A DNA stretch of 64,000 bases, from IMG/VR virus record IMGVR_UViG_3300047160_018755, positions 32,001 to 96,000 of that record, one strand, 5' to 3'. Under the pieces are notes generated by a model. The model made no database searches. It saw only the letters and a program-made list of their open reading frames with translations, and was not told the DNA's origin. This DNA is from a virus. Numbering within the stretch: position 1 is the first letter of the stretch; the number at the start of each line of letters is the position of its first letter. The position numbers and the translations under genes were made by a program. Shown one piece after another: positions 9,019 to 18,118 of the stretch.

Positions 9019-9720
9019 ATGGACCCACAGATCAAGAGACAGCGACTCGAAACCGGACTCAAGCTGGCGGGGGCAGGTGCGGTGTGCATCGTCCTCGGCC
9101 CGGCCGCCTTCCTGGCCCTCAAGGGCCTCGGCCTCCTCATCGCCTTCGGGCTCGCTGCCGGCACCGCCGCGGCGGGACTCAAGGTGGTTCCGCTGGTGAG
9201 CTTCAAGATCAGCAACGCCGTCGTCAAGGGCGTCATCGCCGAAGCCAAGGCGAATCCCATCGAGACGCTGATCAACCTCCAGGTCGAGAAGCAGCGTCAG
9301 CTGGAGGCGCAGGACCAGAACATCATCACGTTCGCCACCGCGGTCGGCAACTTCGATGACAAGGTCCGGACCTACTCCAAGCGCTACCCCGACAAGGCGC
9401 AGCGCTACAAGGAGATCGCCGGAAAGATGCACGAGGCGCTCGAAGAGCAGCAGCAGCTCCAGGAGCAGGCCCGTCACTCGCTCGTCGAGCTGGCCGGCCG
9501 TATCACGGAGGCCCGCGACATGTACGACATGGCGCTCGCGGCCAAGCAGGTGACCGAGCTGTCGGGCAACGCCCAGCAGCGCGTCTTCGCCGACATCAAG
9601 CAGCAGATCGCGTTCGACGCCGTCACCGGCAGCGTCAACCAGTCCTTCGCGGCGCTCGACGTCGCGGTCGCTCGCAGCAAGGAGCTGCCCGCCATCCAGG
9701 ACGCGGAGGTGGTGTCGTGA
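9019..9720 (+). CDS. Membrane-anchored coiled-coil protein (PspA/IM30-like)
   Basis: N-terminal hydrophobic helices, ANPIETL, long heptad region. Confidence 0.6.
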   Translation: MDPQIKRQRLETGLKLAGAGAVCIVLGPAAFLALKGLGLLIAFGLAAGTAAAGLKVVPLVSFKISNAVVKGVIAEAKANPIETLINLQVEKQRQLEAQDQNIITFATAVGNFDDKVRTYSKRYPDKAQRYKEIAGKMHEALEEQQQLQEQARHSLVELAGRITEARDMYDMALAAKQVTELSGNAQQRVFADIKQQIAFDAVTGSVNQSFAALDVAVARSKELPAIQDAEVVS

Positions 9721-9857
9721 AGACCTCCAAGAAGTTCTTCATCGGCTTTTTCATCGTCGCCCTCGCCGTCCTCGGCGTGGTCGCGTACGGAACCGACACC
9801 GGAGGGGATGATGCTGCCCCGTCGACGTCGCAACCCGACAACGGCATCAAGCTCTGA
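9717..9857 (+). CDS. Small single-TM protein (46 aa)
   Basis: GTG overlapping previous stop; KKFFIGFFIVALAVLGVVAY. Confidence 0.6.
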   Translation: MKTSKKFFIGFFIVALAVLGVVAYGTDTGGDDAAPSTSQPDNGIKL

Positions 9858-9869
9858 AAGGATCCGACC

Positions 9870-10847
9870 ATGAAGCGCACATTCGTCACCCTGTTCACCC
9901 TCATCGCCCTCACGGGCACCGCGTCCGCCCAGGAGTTCCTGGTCGCGGACTCCAGCTCCAGCGGCACCTACCAGGAGATGGTCGGTCAGATCGCGAAGTT
10001 CTGCGGTCCCGACGGCCTCACCATCAAGGAGGTCCGCCCGACCGGCGGCGCCACCGCGAACCTCGCCGCGCTCGTCAACAACGACGTCTCGGCCGCGTTG
10101 CTCCACTCGGACGTGATCTTCGCGATGTCGCAGCAAGACCAGCAGTACCAGAAGCTCAAGACCCTCGTCGCGCTCTACCCCGAGGAGATCCACGTCATCG
10201 CTCTGCGCAACTCCGGCATCAAGACCGGCGGCACCCGCATCGGTGGCTTCGGCGCCAAGGAGGTCGTGTTCAACTCGGTCGACGACCTGCGCGGCTACAA
10301 GGTCGGCGCGGCGGGCGGCGGCGTCTACACGGGCAACATCCTCAAGGGCTCGGGCAACCTCGGCTTCGAGGTCGTCGAGTTCACGACGGGCGCCGAGGTC
10401 CTTCCGGCCCTCGACAACGGCAACGTGCAGGCGGTCATCTTCGTCGGCGGGGCACCGCTGAAGAACGTGGCGAGCCTCGACGGCAGCAAGTACAAGCTGC
10501 TCTCGATCGGCCGCAACGTCGCTCCGACCGTCTACAAGCAGGCGGTCATCAACTACCCGAACCTGCGCTCGGGTGCGGTCCAGACGCTCGCCCCGCAGGC
10601 GCTGGTGATCACCCGCCAGTACAAGACGGCGGTCATGCAGAAGCCGCAGGCGCAGTTCCGCCAGTGCTTCTTCGCCCACCTCGACGAGATGAAGGAGATC
10701 CCGGGCCTGCACAAGAAGTGGCAGGCGGTCGACGAGAACGACCACGGCACCTGGAACTGGTACGAGCTTCCGGGTGACACGGCGGCTCGCGCTCCGGCCG
10801 AAGAGGTGCCCGTGCCGGCCGTGACCAAGAAGCGCCGGCTCCGTTAG
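9870..10847 (+). CDS. TAXI-family TRAP solute-binding protein, secreted
   Basis: Signal peptide; SSGTY, TGGATANL, ALYPEEIHVIA, GYKVGAAGGG. Confidence 0.75.
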   Translation: MKRTFVTLFTLIALTGTASAQEFLVADSSSSGTYQEMVGQIAKFCGPDGLTIKEVRPTGGATANLAALVNNDVSAALLHSDVIFAMSQQDQQYQKLKTLVALYPEEIHVIALRNSGIKTGGTRIGGFGAKEVVFNSVDDLRGYKVGAAGGGVYTGNILKGSGNLGFEVVEFTTGAEVLPALDNGNVQAVIFVGGAPLKNVASLDGSKYKLLSIGRNVAPTVYKQAVINYPNLRSGAVQTLAPQALVITRQYKTAVMQKPQAQFRQCFFAHLDEMKEIPGLHKKWQAVDENDHGTWNWYELPGDTAARAPAEEVPVPAVTKKRRLR

Positions 10848-11164
10848 TATCCACTAGGATTCGATCCTAGCGTAGACTAGAACCGCAAGGGTAGCGATCA
10901 ACCTTCCAGTCCACCGCCCCGTGATGCACGACATCACGGGGCGTTCCATGGAAGGCTTCCTGTCGAGAGGGAAAAGGCAAGCGGGGACAAGACAGCGGCG
11001 CCCCGTGTGCGAAGTGGTAAGCACGACAATGGCGGGACTCATGTAGCGCGATCTCGACAAGCGGTTCACCTGGCTGGCTCGCAGGTGGCCTGGCGAAGAG
11101 GATGACCCGACTCCATCGGTGCCTGTTCTGCCAGTGCGGGGGTTCGATTCCTCTGGCCAGCCCT
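10848..11164 (+). ncRNA. Candidate structured RNA ending in a tRNA-like T-arm/acceptor
   Basis: No convincing ORF; hairpins CTAGG-ATTCGAT-CCTAG and CGCCCCGTGATG/CATCACGGGGCG (10915-10943); GGGGG-TTCGATT-CCTCT; GGCTGGC/GCCAGCC. Confidence 0.35.
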
Positions 11165-11183
11165 GATTCGATAGAAAGTCAAC

Positions 11184-11591
11184 ATGGCACACAAACACTA
11201 CATGCCCTTCATCGTCACCGTGGACGTCATGGCCGCGAGCGTACCTGTCGAGCAGGTTGTGGGGGAGCTTGCGGTTCTGGCCACGCGGCTGGGCTGCTCG
11301 GTCCAGACCAAGATCTACGAGACCGACATCTTCGCCCACCCTGACGAGCAGCCGGGGGAGGTGGTCCAGCGGTGGAGGCGGCAGCGAAAGCCGCAGGTCT
11401 TCACCTGGCCGCCCGTCAAGGGCGACCGTGCCATGTACGTCGAGACGGGCGAGATCTGCACGTTCAACGGTGTCCACAACAACGGCGGCGGCTACGACAT
11501 CGTCGGCGCAGACGGCAAGGCACAGGGCGGTTTGGGTGAACGGGCCTTCGAGAGCGGCTCGTGGCTCCGCATGCACCCCGAGTTCACCTGA
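11184..11591 (+). CDS. Hypothetical protein
   Basis: ATG directly after GATTCGATAGAA motif. Confidence 0.7.
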   Translation: MAHKHYMPFIVTVDVMAASVPVEQVVGELAVLATRLGCSVQTKIYETDIFAHPDEQPGEVVQRWRRQRKPQVFTWPPVKGDRAMYVETGEICTFNGVHNNGGGYDIVGADGKAQGGLGERAFESGSWLRMHPEFT

Positions 11592-12058
11592 TGTTCTGGC
11601 TGGGCTGCCTGCTTTTCATCTACTTCTCGTTCCGCGCGGACGGCTGGATCACCTGGACCGAGTTCAAGGGCGTCACCCGGTGGCTGCTCAAAGGACCCGA
11701 GAAGGTTCCCTGCTGCCGGGCGTGCGAAATCGAACTTCCCGATCCCATGCTGCGTGAGCCACTGAGGTACGGCGCGTTTGTGTGCCTCGACTGCGCGGAT
11801 GAGGTCGAGGAGGCGGCGGGGCGCCTACTCCCCGAGTGGTACACCAAACCCCTTCCCCCACGGGCCCGGGAGGTGCCCATTCAGGAATGTCCGTACGTCT
11901 GCGCCGGTTGTGGTGTACAGTGCGACCACTGGTGCGACAAGTGCGACGGAGCGATCGTGGAGCTGGCGGAGGTGTTGGAAGTGAAGACGGCGCTCGACAA
12001 AGACAGGAGCCGTGAGATGACCGATTCCGAATTCAAACGCTTCATCGTGCCGTCATGA
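11591..12058 (+). CDS. Hypothetical TM + Cys-rich protein
   Basis: TGATG overlap; several CxxC. Confidence 0.65.
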   Translation: MFWLGCLLFIYFSFRADGWITWTEFKGVTRWLLKGPEKVPCCRACEIELPDPMLREPLRYGAFVCLDCADEVEEAAGRLLPEWYTKPLPPRAREVPIQECPYVCAGCGVQCDHWCDKCDGAIVELAEVLEVKTALDKDRSREMTDSEFKRFIVPS

Positions 12059-12363
12059 GCGACACTGAAGCCCAAGCCCGAGACGCCGCCCTCGACGCCC
12101 TCGCTGCGGCTCGCGCCGAGCTGGTGGCATGGGGCAGGACCATCGCCATCGCCCTCTGCGTCCGCAACGGCCACGTGACGTCGACCGAGGTCAAGGCTGC
12201 TTTGACACGGCTCGCGAACTTCGACCCCCGCCTCTCGGAGCTGCTCGACACCTGCGACCCGCGGTGGATGGGCGTCGTCTTCCGCGGCAAGGACTGGGTG
12301 CAGGATGGCTGGGACGACAGCGGCTCGCACAAGCGCCGGGTCCCGATCTGGAAGCGACCATGA
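12055..12363 (+). CDS. Hypothetical protein
   Basis: ATGA overlap. Confidence 0.7.
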   Translation: MSDTEAQARDAALDALAAARAELVAWGRTIAIALCVRNGHVTSTEVKAALTRLANFDPRLSELLDTCDPRWMGVVFRGKDWVQDGWDDSGSHKRRVPIWKRP

Positions 12364-12668
12364 ACCACCTTCGATTTGACCGTTCCGGCATCGACGTCGA
12401 CAAGGCCGCCATCATCTTGGCGATCAACCAAGACGGCTGGGCCGAGCGCCTGGTGTGCAGCCACTTCGACTGGCTCGGAGACCGATGGGGCCACAACCCC
12501 TACATCGTTTTGGCCGTCCTGAAGGACGACCCCGACATCTGGTACCGGACCTTCGAGGACGTGTACAGCCGCATGGAGATCCACCACATCATCCTCCGTC
12601 CCGACTTCCGCTGCCCCGAGGGGTACGTGATGCTGGAGTCGATCCTCGAACCGGACCGCAAACTTTAA
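12360..12668 (+). CDS. Hypothetical protein
   Basis: ATGA overlap. Confidence 0.65.
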   Translation: MNHLRFDRSGIDVDKAAIILAINQDGWAERLVCSHFDWLGDRWGHNPYIVLAVLKDDPDIWYRTFEDVYSRMEIHHIILRPDFRCPEGYVMLESILEPDRKL

Positions 12669-12696
12669 GTTGGCGGTTCGCCAATTTTAAGTTTCT

Positions 12697-12773
12697 GCCA
12701 GCGTGGACTGAAGTAGATAGGCCCGGGATTGCAACCCCCGGCCATGCCGGTGCAAGTCCGGCCACTGGCTCCA
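12697..12773 (+). tRNA. tRNA-Cys(GCA)
   Basis: Acceptor GCCAGCG/CACTGGC, loop TT-GCA-AC, U73, encoded CCA. Confidence 0.8.
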
Positions 12774-12780
12774 ATTCTCG

Positions 12781-12809
12781 TTGACGAACCCGATCTGATT
12801 CGATAGAGT
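12781..12809 (+). promoter_or_regulatory. sigma70-like promoter overlapping GATTCGATAG motif
   Basis: TTGACG-17nt-TAGAGT. Confidence 0.7.
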
Positions 12810-12852
12810 GTAAGTAGGCTTTCACTTCACACTCACAACGGAGTCAGATCTC

Positions 12853-13590
12853 ATGAAGTTCGCAGCGTCCCTTCTCATCGCGACAGCGCTCATCCTCGGG
12901 TGCGGGGACAACGTTCCCGCCCTCAGACACGGCACCGACGGAGGCGCCACGGGCGCCGCCGCCACCTCGGGCAACGGCGGCACACCGACCACCGACACGG
13001 GCACCGCGGGTACGACCGGCACGGCCGGCACGGCCGGGACCTCCGGCACGGCCGGGACCTCCGGCACGGCGGGCGCGGGAGGGACCGACGGCGTCGGAAA
13101 CCCTACCGGGACGGCTGGGTCCGGCAGCGGAAATACCACCGGGACGGCCGGCGACGGGTCCACCGGAGCCGCGGGCAGCACCGACAGCACGGGCTCAAGC
13201 GGTGCGAGCGGCAGTACCCCCACTGGTACCTCGACGAGCGGACAGGCCGGGTCTGGTGGATCGACGGGTGCGGCCAGCGACACCGGAACAGCGGGGGATA
13301 CCGGGAACTCCACGAGCGGGACAAGCGGAAGCCCGGATGCGTCCGGCAGTGGTGGGACGACCGGATCGAATACGGGCAGCGCCGGGACGACGGGCGCGGG
13401 TGGGACCGGTTCGACGGGAACAGCCGGGACGACAGGCAGCGGTGGGAGTGGCTCACCGGGCGCAGGTGGGACGACGGGTCGCCGGTACTGCGACGACGAC
13501 CAGGGTGACGACAACCAGGGCAACGACAACGCCCAGGGCGACGAAGATCAGCAGGGGTGCATCGAGCGGGTGAAGACGGGCTGCAAGTAG
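12853..13590 (+). CDS. Gly/Thr/Ser-rich low-complexity lipoprotein
   Basis: Lipobox ILG-C; GTAGTSGTAG repeats; acidic D/Q/N tail. Confidence 0.8.
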   Translation: MKFAASLLIATALILGCGDNVPALRHGTDGGATGAAATSGNGGTPTTDTGTAGTTGTAGTAGTSGTAGTSGTAGAGGTDGVGNPTGTAGSGSGNTTGTAGDGSTGAAGSTDSTGSSGASGSTPTGTSTSGQAGSGGSTGAASDTGTAGDTGNSTSGTSGSPDASGSGGTTGSNTGSAGTTGAGGTGSTGTAGTTGSGGSGSPGAGGTTGRRYCDDDQGDDNQGNDNAQGDEDQQGCIERVKTGCK

Positions 13591-13600
13591 CCTAACCTCA

Positions 13601-13640
13601 GGCCGTGACTGGGAAATCCCCGGTCACGGCCCTGTTTTTA
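13601..13640 (+). terminator. Rho-independent terminator
   Basis: GGCCGTGAC...GTCACGGCC then T tract. Confidence 0.8.
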
Positions 13641-13692
13641 TCGAGATTTCGATATTTTCATCGAAAATTCGATAGAAATGGGTGGAGGATCC

Positions 13693-14046
13693 ATGAACAC
13701 CAAGATCAGCGTCGTCTTCATGCTCGCGGCCATCGTCGGCCTGGTGCTCGCTCTGGGTGCCGATCTCGCCGGATGCGCTCACGTTTTCGATCAGGTTCAC
13801 GACGAGGTGGACGTCGCCGGCCCGACCGCGGTGGTCACCGGCCCCGCCCGCGGGCACTGGCAGGAAGAGGGCGAGCACGCCCTGCTCTCCTACACCGTGT
13901 TCGGCACCGATTGCACGGCGATGCCGTACGCGATCCCGGAGCTTCGGACGGAGGGCTGGTTCGCTCTCGGGCCGGGCGTCACGCTCTGCGTGATGTCGAC
14001 GACCGACAAGGTTCAGCGCATCTCCTACCACGCGGAGACGCTGTGA
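13693..14046 (+). CDS. Hypothetical exported protein
   Basis: GGAGG SD, hydrophobic N-terminus. Confidence 0.7.
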   Translation: MNTKISVVFMLAAIVGLVLALGADLAGCAHVFDQVHDEVDVAGPTAVVTGPARGHWQEEGEHALLSYTVFGTDCTAMPYAIPELRTEGWFALGPGVTLCVMSTTDKVQRISYHAETL

Positions 14047-14276
14047 GGACCTGCTCCTGCGGCAAGGCTCTGGAGCCCGGCACGGTCTACTACCTGGTCG
14101 AGCGTGCCACGGGCCCGTCCTGGGCGAAGTGGCGCGGCCAGCAGGGGATCACGTGGACCAACGACGTCCACCAGGCCGACGCGTACTGCGAGCTTCAGGT
14201 CGCTGACCACATGGCCCGCACTGCGCGCCACCAAGGCACCGAAGCCTTCGCGTCCGAGCACATCGACGTCGCATGA
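14043..14276 (+). CDS. Hypothetical protein
   Basis: GTGA overlap. Confidence 0.6.
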   Translation: MRTCSCGKALEPGTVYYLVERATGPSWAKWRGQQGITWTNDVHQADAYCELQVADHMARTARHQGTEAFASEHIDVA

Positions 14277-14608
14277 GATTCACAAAGATCCAAGCGGCCC
14301 TGTTTAAGAACGGCATCTCCTTCGTCCACATGGCCCCGACCGTGGAGCGCAAGGAGAAGGCGCTGGACGACTTCATTGCCGAGATCAACCGAACGGGCAC
14401 CTACTACACGCAGGTGTACGACCGGGTCACGCGTCAGGATGCCAGGGCGCGATTCATGCTCTGCGTCTCCAACGGGGCTGCCAGCGAGCACGTCGCCGTG
14501 ATGTTCGTGGACGGCAAGCGAGACGAGTTTCCCGACAAGCGCGCCTACGATGAGGCCCGCTACATCCCCGCCGAGGTGGATGGCGCCGGCCCCATGGTGA
14601 TCCGATGA
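14273..14608 (+). CDS. Hypothetical protein
   Basis: ATGA overlap. Confidence 0.7.
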   Translation: MRFTKIQAALFKNGISFVHMAPTVERKEKALDDFIAEINRTGTYYTQVYDRVTRQDARARFMLCVSNGAASEHVAVMFVDGKRDEFPDKRAYDEARYIPAEVDGAGPMVIR

Positions 14609-14886
14609 GCTACAAGTTCTGGTGCTCGAAGTGCAAGTTCGACCACGCGGGTGAGTGCGAGCCCGCCCCCAAGATCCCGATCGGCTTCCTACTCTTCGAC
14701 GAAGTCGCGCGCCAGCTCATGGTGTACGACGGTAGGGAGTGGCGCCCGTTCGGTTACAAGGCGGAGGATGGGGTGCTCACAGCCAGCGTCACAATCACTC
14801 TCCCACACCCCATTCAGTTCATCCCCATCAATTTCGTCATCCATCGGGACGGCCACGATGAAGAAGTTTACCGTAAGGATCAGTGA
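14605..14886 (+). CDS. CCHC-leader family protein
   Basis: [18 protein letters not shown]. Confidence 0.75.
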   Translation: MSYKFWCSKCKFDHAGECEPAPKIPIGFLLFDEVARQLMVYDGREWRPFGYKAEDGVLTASVTITLPHPIQFIPINFVIHRDGHDEEVYRKDQ

Positions 14887-15190
14887 CTGCCGCGAGGACC
14901 GCTTCCGCGGATCGGGTGCCGGCGGCCAGAACCGCAACAAGCGTGACACGGGCGTGCGTCTCACCCACGAGCCCTCCGGCGTTGTGGTGGAATGCGAAGC
15001 CGAACGCAGCCAGCACCAGAACCGCGCAGGAGCGCTCAGGAAGCTCGCAAAGCATCCACGCTTCCTGGCCTGGGCGGACGCCGTGCTGCGCGGAGAAGCG
15101 TTCCAGCTGCGCGAGGAGGACGTCCGCGTCGAGGTCGGCGAGGAGGCTGCCGACTGCGCTCCCCACGAAGCTCACTGTGACGTGAAATGA
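14858..15190 (+). CDS. Class I release factor GGQ-domain protein (ArfB/RF-1-domain-like peptidyl-tRNA hydrolase)
   Basis: [26 protein letters not shown]...ERSQHQNR. Confidence 0.9.
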   Translation: MKKFTVRISDCREDRFRGSGAGGQNRNKRDTGVRLTHEPSGVVVECEAERSQHQNRAGALRKLAKHPRFLAWADAVLRGEAFQLREEDVRVEVGEEAADCAPHEAHCDVK

Positions 15191-15414
15191 TCCCACCCCT
15201 CGGAGGCCCGGAGCCCTGGTGCTCGTGCTGCGTCGTCCCCAAGTGGGTGATGGTCGAGCAGATGCACCTGCTCTGCCAGGCGATCCAGAACGGCAGCTAC
15301 AACGTGCGCCCCGGCAAGCTGCGCCAGGGCTGCATCTCGTACATCTCGGATCACCCGCTGACCGAAGAAGAGACCGACCAGCTCTGGATTGAGACCTTCG
15401 GCCACACCGACTAG
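15187..15414 (+). CDS. Hypothetical protein
   Basis: ATGA overlap; last gene of plus run. Confidence 0.6.
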   Translation: MIPPLGGPEPWCSCCVVPKWVMVEQMHLLCQAIQNGSYNVRPGKLRQGCISYISDHPLTEEETDQLWIETFGHTD

Positions 15415-16040
15415 AGCAGCTTCGCGTTCTTGCCGGGCCGGGGGAAGTCGCGAGCGCCGTCCCGCCACGCCTGACTCAGCTCGTAGTAAAGCTCCCGTTC
15501 GCGGTCTTGTTCGAGTTCCCAGCACTCCTCGCAGAAGAAGGTCATGCCAGGGTCTTTGTAGCCGCCGCACGACAGACAGTTGAACGGCTTCCCGTCGCTG
15601 TCCCCGAGCATCTCGAACCGCACCTCCGGACGCTCCTTCACCGGCTTCGACACGAACTCGGCCAGAGCTTTCTGGAGGGGCGACGTCGGCTCCGGCTTCG
15701 CCGACTCCGCGATCGCCGCCATGATCGCTGCGTGCATGCGGTCGCCCGCGGCATCCTCCTCGATGACGGCCCCGATCAGGTCGAGGCAGGCGTCCGCCGC
15801 GATCTCGTAGCGCATGTTCTGCTCGACGAGATGCATGTTGTGGTCCTCGCACTCGCGGTAGACCAGGCGTGTGGTGGCCAGCTGCTCTTCAGCGGACTTG
15901 GTGCACCGGGCCTCGTACTCCAGGTCGCGCTTGAGCTGTACGATCTCCTTGTTCAGGCGCTTCTCTCGACGATGGTACATCGCCAGATCGCGGTAGACTG
16001 AAAGTAGTTCGGCTCGCAGCATTCCGGTGGTCTCAGTCAT
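15411..16040 (-). CDS. Coiled-coil protein with CxxC pair
   Basis: Heptads; CLSC...FCEEC. Confidence 0.7.
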   Translation of the reverse strand: MTETTGMLRAELLSVYRDLAMYHRREKRLNKEIVQLKRDLEYEARCTKSAEEQLATTRLVYRECEDHNMHLVEQNMRYEIAADACLDLIGAVIEEDAAGDRMHAAIMAAIAESAKPEPTSPLQKALAEFVSKPVKERPEVRFEMLGDSDGKPFNCLSCGGYKDPGMTFFCEECWELEQDRERELYYELSQAWRDGARDFPRPGKNAKLL

Positions 16041-16509
16041 TGGGCTTCAGCTTCTCGTACTCGTCGTACGCTTTGAGGGCCTGGGTGGCGACTGTGAAGG
16101 GGTCGCACTGGAAGACCCGCCGGCCGGGCCTCCACTCGCGCTGGATGCGCTGGAGCGCCTCCAGCAGCGTCGTGATCTGCTTGGTCTGGATGAGGAACTC
16201 CACCGCGGTGTCGACCCGCTCCATGGCGGTCTTGACCTGGCGGCACTCCGGGACGCTCTGGCAGCCGTCCATCGCACAGCTTTTCGTGTGGCCGGCCAGC
16301 TCCTGGCGCGTGAGTTTGGCGCGTGCCTCCTCGATCTTGACGATGGCGAGGCGTGGGTTGACCTTGCCCTGGTAGTGGCGCATCACCTGGTCGAGGATGT
16401 CCAGGTTGTGGCCCGTGGGGTTCTCGTCAACGAAGCCCTTGACGACGACCGCGAGGTCGCCGGGATCAGCGCAGGCCTGCGAGAGACCTTCGGGGTCGCG
16501 GTCGGTCAC
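16033..16509 (-). CDS. Hypothetical protein
   Basis: GTG 16509 overlapping upstream stop. Confidence 0.65.
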   Translation of the reverse strand: MTDRDPEGLSQACADPGDLAVVVKGFVDENPTGHNLDILDQVMRHYQGKVNPRLAIVKIEEARAKLTRQELAGHTKSCAMDGCQSVPECRQVKTAMERVDTAVEFLIQTKQITTLLEALQRIQREWRPGRRVFQCDPFTVATQALKAYDEYEKLKPND

Positions 16510-16922
16510 TTCGCGGCCTGAGCGTTGAGGACCCGCTCGCGGAACTTCTTGCCGAGCTGGTACATGTCGTCCTCCTCGTAGCCGGAGACGTCGGTCTCGG
16601 CGGCGTCGAAGCCGACGATGAAGTTCGACACCTGACACGAGGTGAGGCCGAGAATCTCCGCGGCCGTGTCGTCCGTGTTGGGCTGATTGTCGTCGTCCAC
16701 CGGCTGGTCCAGGATGACGCACGCCATCGGACACAGGCAGCCACCCGTGTCGGCTCTCCAGACGAACCCCTCGGGACCGTCGTACCCCTCCCGCTCGGGG
16801 ACCGACTCGACGCCCCATTCGCCGGGGGCGATCGTGAACCCCCGCAGGCGGGCGGCGGCGATGCCGGCGTTGAGGGACGCTTCGATGTCTGCGAGCTTTT
16901 GAGCTTTCAGTTTCTTGTTCAT
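16506..16922 (-). CDS. Paralog family B protein
   Basis: C..CPM...AAEILG...GFD...YQLGKKFR. Confidence 0.75.
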   Translation of the reverse strand: MNKKLKAQKLADIEASLNAGIAAARLRGFTIAPGEWGVESVPEREGYDGPEGFVWRADTGGCLCPMACVILDQPVDDDNQPNTDDTAAEILGLTSCQVSNFIVGFDAAETDVSGYEEDDMYQLGKKFRERVLNAQAAK

Positions 16923-16931
16923 GGGAAGACT

Positions 16932-17726
16932 CTACTCCATCGCTTCGATCGCCGCAACAAGTTTCTGCATGTCCCCGGCGTAGAACCCGGCGCAGTTGAA
17001 GTTGTTCACCTCGCCCACGAAGAGCCCGTCCTTGGTCTCGAAGACGTCCATGACAAACGCCCGAGCCGGCACCCACTTGCGGATTTCTTTCTGGGCGAAG
17101 CGCATGACCCAGGGCGGAGCGCCTTCCTCGTATCGCTTGATGGTCCCGAACTTGTAGAGGCTCGCGGTGACGATGCGCTTGTCCACGACCCAGAGCCGGT
17201 ACTCGCGCCAGATCTCACGCACGGGCGCCACGATCACCTTGGTGTCCAAGTCGACCGAGGACACGTCCTCGGGCTGGAGCCGGGCGAGCGCCTGGCGCCA
17301 CGAGACGAACGATGGCCAGTCCATGACTTGGCCCGCGAAGCTCTTCGTGTCGTGGATCGGGCGGATGAAGAACCGATCGCGGTCCGTGCCGCCGTACAGC
17401 GGATCGGCCACGACGTCTTGGATGGACGAGACCTCACAGTCGCCGTTGAGCATCTTCCAATGGTGGGCCTGAACCTCGTAGTCGAAGTTCTCGTTGTGGA
17501 AGCTCCCGGGCGCCCAGCCGCGCTGACGGGCGATTTCCGCCAGGGTGTACGTGCCCATGATGACCACGGGCACCCCGGCCAGGGTCAGCTCTGGCTCCAG
17601 CGCGTGAACGAAGGGGATGACGCGGACGAGCGTGTACGTCGACCGCAGGCGATCGAATGCATCCAGGAGGCGGGCGAAGCCCTCCTCCGAGAACATGTTG
17701 TTCTGGACGACCCAGTGAGTCTTCAC
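16932..17726 (-). CDS. ATP-grasp domain protein (DUF4343-like)
   Basis: FFIRP..DTKSFAG, REYRLWVV, FVMDV...GEVNNFNCAGFY. Confidence 0.8.
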   Translation of the reverse strand: MKTHWVVQNNMFSEEGFARLLDAFDRLRSTYTLVRVIPFVHALEPELTLAGVPVVIMGTYTLAEIARQRGWAPGSFHNENFDYEVQAHHWKMLNGDCEVSSIQDVVADPLYGGTDRDRFFIRPIHDTKSFAGQVMDWPSFVSWRQALARLQPEDVSSVDLDTKVIVAPVREIWREYRLWVVDKRIVTASLYKFGTIKRYEEGAPPWVMRFAQKEIRKWVPARAFVMDVFETKDGLFVGEVNNFNCAGFYAGDMQKLVAAIEAME

Positions 17727-17728
17727 GG

Positions 17729-18118
17729 CTACTCCAGCTGGATCCCGCCGGCCATGTGGTTGGGGTTGGGGTAGTCGCCGCCGCGGTGCAGGTAGTCCTC
17801 CAGGGCCCGGCGGAGCTGCGTGTAGCGCTCCAGGACTTCGAGCGGGAGATCTTCGAGGTCGACGTGATGCCGCTTGGTGGCCTCGATCACGTCCAGGTGA
17901 TAGCTCATACTACCGTTCCCGTCGAGCTTGAGACCCCAGTTGACCTGGTAGATCGGCGTGGGGTCATCGATCTTCGGCGGGTCCTTGGGCCACGACTCGT
18001 CACACTGAGAGTCGTTGACGATGGATCGGAGGAGCCAGTAGGACTCGGTGAGCACGCGGGCGCGGTTGACCCGCACGACCCAGTCCGCGACCGACCCGTT
18101 GAGGTTCTTGTTTTTCAA
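17729..18118 (-). CDS. Hypothetical protein
   Basis: Co-oriented run. Confidence 0.65.
   Translation of the reverse strand: MKNKNLNGSVADWVVRVNRARVLTESYWLLRSIVNDSQCDESWPKDPPKIDDPTPIYQVNWGLKLDGNGSMSYHLDVIEATKRHHVDLEDLPLEVLERYTQLRRALEDYLHRGGDYPNPNHMAGGIQLE

Noticed and set aside
10848-11164. tmRNA or RNase P RNA
   Set aside because: No GGGG start, G3.U70 or tag-like ORF; RNase P conserved blocks not seen
12940-13500. DNA tandem repeat or DGR variable region
   Set aside because: Explained by low-complexity peptide coding; no reverse transcriptase in the window
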